Sequence record: SRR20825006_1712 | Strand: one strand, 5' to 3' | DNA: 52,122 nt | Shown here: positions 48,317 through 52,122 of the stretch, in pieces | Layout of the letters: each line of letters starts with the position of its first letter | Numbering within the stretch: position 1 is the first letter of the stretch | Notes under the pieces: model-generated | Told to the model about the DNA's origin: nothing | Databases searched by the model: none | What the model saw: the letters and a program-made list of their open reading frames with translations, nothing else | Program-made: the position numbers and the translations under genes

Positions 48317-49426
48317 GTTGATAGCATCTATGGTATCTGGCTTGATTTCCCATGTAAAATCGCTGTAGGTATTCCCCGTTCCGGTAAGTTGCATTGATTC
48401 ACCAACCTCGGCTTGTGATTCCGGATGTTGGTCTATTGGCAGAAGAACTGATGTCATACCTGCTGCCGGACCGTTTGTTGCGGTCACTTCTCCTTCATAA
48501 CTTAAGAATTGAATAACGTTGCCGGAAGGGTCCACAATGGCGATGCCTTCATCATCATTTTGTAGCCCTTCAATGAATATATTTTTCACACCTAGGCCGT
48601 TAGAAATTTCAACGATAACACCAGTTAATGATTGTTCTTCTAAAACTAGACCGTTTCTTCCATTGTAATGAAAAATAGTATAGCCCGTTAAATCAATTCC
48701 GGCCGAACCTGCAATCTCCACGCGCTCATTAACATCACTTCCCACATTATCATAATGAATCTCATTAATCCAAAGGTTCACATCATTATCTACTACAGTA
48801 AGATCAAAGGCTAAGTTCGTACCAATAGTCGGTGCGCCTGAGCCGCCACTCGCATTGGTTATCGAAAATAAGATCTGTTCATTACCCTCAACTTCTGTGT
48901 CATCTACCAACGTGAAAACTTCGGTAGCGTTAAAGACCTGAGTATCCGGTGGAATCGTGATTACTTGAGCGGTAGTTTCGGCTAAGTCGGCATAAGATGA
49001 TGCCGCAACAGTTAGGGTGAGTCCGTTGGTTGCTGAAGGATTTGTGATATTAAACTCTAAGTCAATTGCTGCATCACTTTCGCTTTGCGAAGTTTCCGTT
49101 ATCGTAAAAGATACTTCAGTGGGCTGGACAGAGTTTTGAAGTAGATAAATATTTTCCCAAAAGGTTCCGTTGTAAACCTGCAAACCATAAATAGAAGCAT
49201 CAGGGTCGTTCACAAAAACCATCAACCCGGTATCTGCATCTGTAGGATTGATCAAATCTCGTTGGGCTACGGTAACCCGCGGAGGCATCATACCTTTAAA
49301 ACTTCCATCCGACGCTTCGCTGTTAATTTCCAGCATAGAAGATTCGCTAGGACTTGTAGTACCAATCCCTACTTGAGCATAAAGAAAGTAATTTCCGAAA
49401 AGTAAAAGGAGTAAAAATGTTTTCAT
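48296..49426 (-). CDS. Secreted protein: VGIGT-type N-terminus, Calx-beta-like and lamin-tail-like domains
   Basis: AQVGIGTTSP...G..PPR.T..QR; DDTEVEGNE...V.DND; WINEIHYDN.G.D..E.VEI. Confidence 0.65.
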   Translation of the reverse strand: MKTFLLLLLFGNYFLYAQVGIGTTSPSESSMLEINSEASDGSFKGMMPPRVTVAQRDLINPTDADTGLMVFVNDPDASIYGLQVYNGTFWENIYLLQNSVQPTEVSFTITETSQSESDAAIDLEFNITNPSATNGLTLTVAASSYADLAETTAQVITIPPDTQVFNATEVFTLVDDTEVEGNEQILFSITNASGGSGAPTIGTNLAFDLTVVDNDVNLWINEIHYDNVGSDVNERVEIAGSAGIDLTGYTIFHYNGRNGLVLEEQSLTGVIVEISNGLGVKNIFIEGLQNDDEGIAIVDPSGNVIQFLSYEGEVTATNGPAAGMTSVLLPIDQHPESQAEVGESMQLTGTGNTYSDFTWEIKPDTIDAINSGQTFN

Positions 49427-49553
49427 ACTTACACATTTAAAATTAAATGGTAAGTCAAGCTGCTGATAGGGGACAGCTTACAGTAGATTGGGTCAATCTA
49501 AATTAGAAAAAATCTACACCAAAACAAATTATAATCTGAAAATCAACGGATTA

Positions 49554-51002
49554 CTATTTTTCATCAATATCAAAAGCAGCATCAGGCTCTTTGTTAGGAT
49601 TATAATTGAACATCCCTTCACCTTTAGCAATCACCGAAGAAACCGTAGCATCACCAGTAACGTTTACCACAGTTCTACACATATCAAGAATACGGTCTAC
49701 CGGGAAAATAATACCAATCCACGCCGGATTTAAACCTACAGACTCCAATACAATTATTAGCATCACTAAGCCCGCGCTAGGTACCGCTGCTGACCCAATA
49801 GACGCTAAAGTAGCGGTCAATACTATAGTAAGTTGTTGGCCAATGGTAAGGTCAATCATATGCAACTGCGCTAGAAAAACCACGGCCACCGCCTGATACA
49901 AGCAGGTACCGTCCATATTTACTGTGGCACCAATGGGCAATACAAAACTGGTCACCTTTTTATCGACACCTAGATTGTCTTCAACACATTCCATAGTTAC
50001 GGGAAGTGTCGCCGCGCTACTTGAAGTTGAAAACGCCAAGGTTTGTGCAGGTCCCATCGCTCTGAAAAAACCGAAATATGAAACTTTTCTCACAAAGATT
50101 TTAAATATCAGCGGGTAGATCACAAAGATCATAAGCCCTAGCCCTCCAAAAACAGTGAGCGAATACCAACTCAAGCCTTTAAAGATCTCTACTACTTTAC
50201 CAATGTCGTTACCGGCCATTTGGCTGACCACACCGGCAAGTAAGGCGAATACAAAAAATGGCGCAGCTTGCATAGTAAAGTCGACCATTTTTAAGAAGAC
50301 TTCCATAATACCATCAACTGCTTTGGTGACCGGGGCTACTTTTTTCTGATCTATAAACAGCATACTGATGCCAAAAAATAAACCGAAAAAAATGACCTGA
50401 AGCATCAAGCCATTATCTGCCAGCGAACTGAAAAAATTATCTGGTACAATATCAACTAACGGCTGCAATGGTCCAGCATCTTTTGTAGCATCTGCGGCCT
50501 GCATTTTATCATTCATCGAAGCGTCTTTCAGATCGCTTTTAGTAAGGTCTGAAATTTCCCGCGCGCGATCCATAAATTCAGGATCTTGTAGGTAGTTGAT
50601 ACCGTCTTTGATTACATAGCCTTCTTCGGCAGCCCAAATCTCATAACTGATACGGTTGTCAATTCGGCTTTGCTCATCAACTAGTTTACCAGGGCCAATA
50701 AGATTTACGAGAAATAACCCCATCCCAACCGCGAGCACGGTTGTTACCAGATAGGCGAGTAAGGTCTTCCCTCCCATTCTACCCAAACTTGCAGGATCAC
50801 CTAGATTAGCAACACCACTTATTATCGAAAAAAGTACTAGCGGAACCGCAATGAGTTTCAGAAGATTGATAAAGATCTTTCCAAAAGGAGCGATCCAATC
50901 TATGGTAAACTGACTCCATCCTAATTGGCTAGAAATTAAGGCCCAAATTATACCCAGAACGAGACCAATAATTATCTTCCAATGTAGTGCGATTTTCTTC
51001 AT
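49554..51002 (-). CDS. Dicarboxylate/amino acid:cation symporter (DAACS, GltP-like)
   Basis: AFSTSSSAATLP, LPIGATVNMDGT, DRILDMCRTVVNVTGD. ATG 51002 preferred. Confidence 0.93.
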   Translation of the reverse strand: MKKIALHWKIIIGLVLGIIWALISSQLGWSQFTIDWIAPFGKIFINLLKLIAVPLVLFSIISGVANLGDPASLGRMGGKTLLAYLVTTVLAVGMGLFLVNLIGPGKLVDEQSRIDNRISYEIWAAEEGYVIKDGINYLQDPEFMDRAREISDLTKSDLKDASMNDKMQAADATKDAGPLQPLVDIVPDNFFSSLADNGLMLQVIFFGLFFGISMLFIDQKKVAPVTKAVDGIMEVFLKMVDFTMQAAPFFVFALLAGVVSQMAGNDIGKVVEIFKGLSWYSLTVFGGLGLMIFVIYPLIFKIFVRKVSYFGFFRAMGPAQTLAFSTSSSAATLPVTMECVEDNLGVDKKVTSFVLPIGATVNMDGTCLYQAVAVVFLAQLHMIDLTIGQQLTIVLTATLASIGSAAVPSAGLVMLIIVLESVGLNPAWIGIIFPVDRILDMCRTVVNVTGDATVSSVIAKGEGMFNYNPNKEPDAAFDIDEK

Positions 51003-51216
51003 AAATAAGTGCTTTGTTACTTTGAGCTGAAAGATAAACAAAATCCCTATCTAGTGTAAGCTTCCGCGCGGTTTTGATGCGGAATTGTTAGTAAATCCTT
51101 GATTTTGTCGAAAAATAAATAAGAAGATTTTAAGTTCATCCTCTAGTGGTAAACGCACAAGGTAAACGCTCGAAACCTATTTCAATTTTGAGGGAGTATG
51201 ACCCTTTGACCGCGTC

Positions 51217-51250
51217 AAAAAAAAAGCTCCAGTGATTAACTGAAGCTTTT
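51217..51250 (-). terminator. Intrinsic terminator after aroC
   Basis: AAAAGCTCCAGT-gatta-ACTGAAGCTTTT with an A tract on the left. Confidence 0.7.
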
Positions 51251-51269
51251 GCATATAACATAATAATGG

Positions 51270-52122
51270 CTAAATCTTTGAGCCTTTGTTTAATAGCATA
51301 TAATCTGCCAGAACCAATGCTGCCATTGCTTCTACAATTGGCACTGCACGCGGTACAACACACGGATCGTGGCGCCCCTTTCCTTGCATTTCGGTGGCGT
51401 TTCCTTCTTTATCAATAGTTGGCTGATTTTGCATAATGGTCGCAACCGGTTTAAACGCTACTCGGAAATAAATATCCATCCCATTACTGATTCCGCCTTG
51501 AATACCACCGCTCAGATTGGTCTTCGTGCTTCCATCTGCATTAAAAAGATCGTTGTGCTCACTACCCAGCATAGAAGACCCGTGAAAACCGCTTCCGTAT
51601 TCAAAACCCTTGACAGCGTTGATTGAAAGCATTGCTTTGCCCAGCTCAGCGTGCAGTTTGTCAAAAACCGGTTCGCCGAGACCAACAGGCACATTTTGAA
51701 TCACGCACATCACGGTCCCGCCAATGGTATCTCCTGCTTTACGTATTTCTTTGATCTTATCGATCATTTTTTCTGCGAAAGCCTCATCAGGACAACGCAC
51801 GATATTGGATTCGATCTTATCAAAATCCAATTCCTGATACGGCGTCGTCATATGAATTTCTCCTACCGAATCAACAAACGCATTGATCTTGATGTCTTTT
51901 AAAAATTGCTTAGCGATCGCTCCTGCCGCTACTCTACTCGCAGTTTCCCGCGCTGAAGATCTTCCGCCGCCGCGATAATCACGTACACCGTATTTTTGAT
52001 CATAGGTATAATCTGCGTGTGAAGGTCTATAGGTATCTTTGATATGGCTGTAATCGTGTGACTTTTGATTGGTATTCACAATATTGAATCCAATAGGAGT
52101 TCCTGTAGTTTTTCCTTCAAAA
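51270..52122 (-). CDS. aroC: Chorismate synthase, 5'-truncated by the window edge
   Basis: [37 protein letters not shown]. Confidence 0.97.
   Translation of the reverse strand, partial: FEGKTTGTPIGFNIVNTNQKSHDYSHIKDTYRPSHADYTYDQKYGVRDYRGGGRSSARETASRVAAGAIAKQFLKDIKINAFVDSVGEIHMTTPYQELDFDKIESNIVRCPDEAFAEKMIDKIKEIRKAGDTIGGTVMCVIQNVPVGLGEPVFDKLHAELGKAMLSINAVKGFEYGSGFHGSSMLGSEHNDLFNADGSTKTNLSGGIQGGISNGMDIYFRVAFKPVATIMQNQPTIDKEGNATEMQGKGRHDPCVVPRAVPIVEAMAALVLADYMLLNKGSKI

Noticed and set aside
49488-49733. 81-aa plus-strand ORF
   Set aside because: Mostly antisense to the symporter 3' end, with a TTG start and no motifs.
51136-51363. 75-aa Cys-containing minus-strand ORF
   Set aside because: Out-of-frame overlap with the aroC 3' end and runs through its terminator.

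Overview
A 52 kb chromosomal window from a Bacteroidota genome, most likely Flavobacteriaceae. This is inferred from gene content, TAnnTTTG promoter motifs and AT-rich translation starts. From left to right it holds: (1) a metal-associated cluster of ABC ATPase, His-rich FtsX-type permease, DUF3299, Tat-exported alkaline phosphatase, a Cys-rich 'RPP' leader ORF, a TonB-dependent receptor and a convergent His-heptad lipoprotein; (2) an RND efflux operon; (3) NrtR-regulated xylB-xylA; (4) small accessory genes carrying copies of a ~100-115 bp MITE-like repeat; (5) a transglutaminase / circularly permuted ATP-grasp / alpha-E / DUF2126 operon whose first gene is frameshifted; (6) ltaE and a type III PKS cluster; and (7) mostly housekeeping genes (OmpA-family, E1 alpha/beta fusion, SUI1, ppk1, ung, mutS2, symporter, partial aroC). 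I saw no rRNA, tRNA, CRISPR array or transposase. Best leads: a lipoprotein whose 12 histidines form three exact 4x7-residue ladders; a probable metal-sensing, ribosome-stalling leader ORF with a hairpin ahead of the TonB receptor; an in-frame 96-bp repeat insertion in the DUF3299 signal peptide; and a 7-bp repeat-collapse frameshift in the DUF2126 gene. All family calls come from motif recognition, not database searches.
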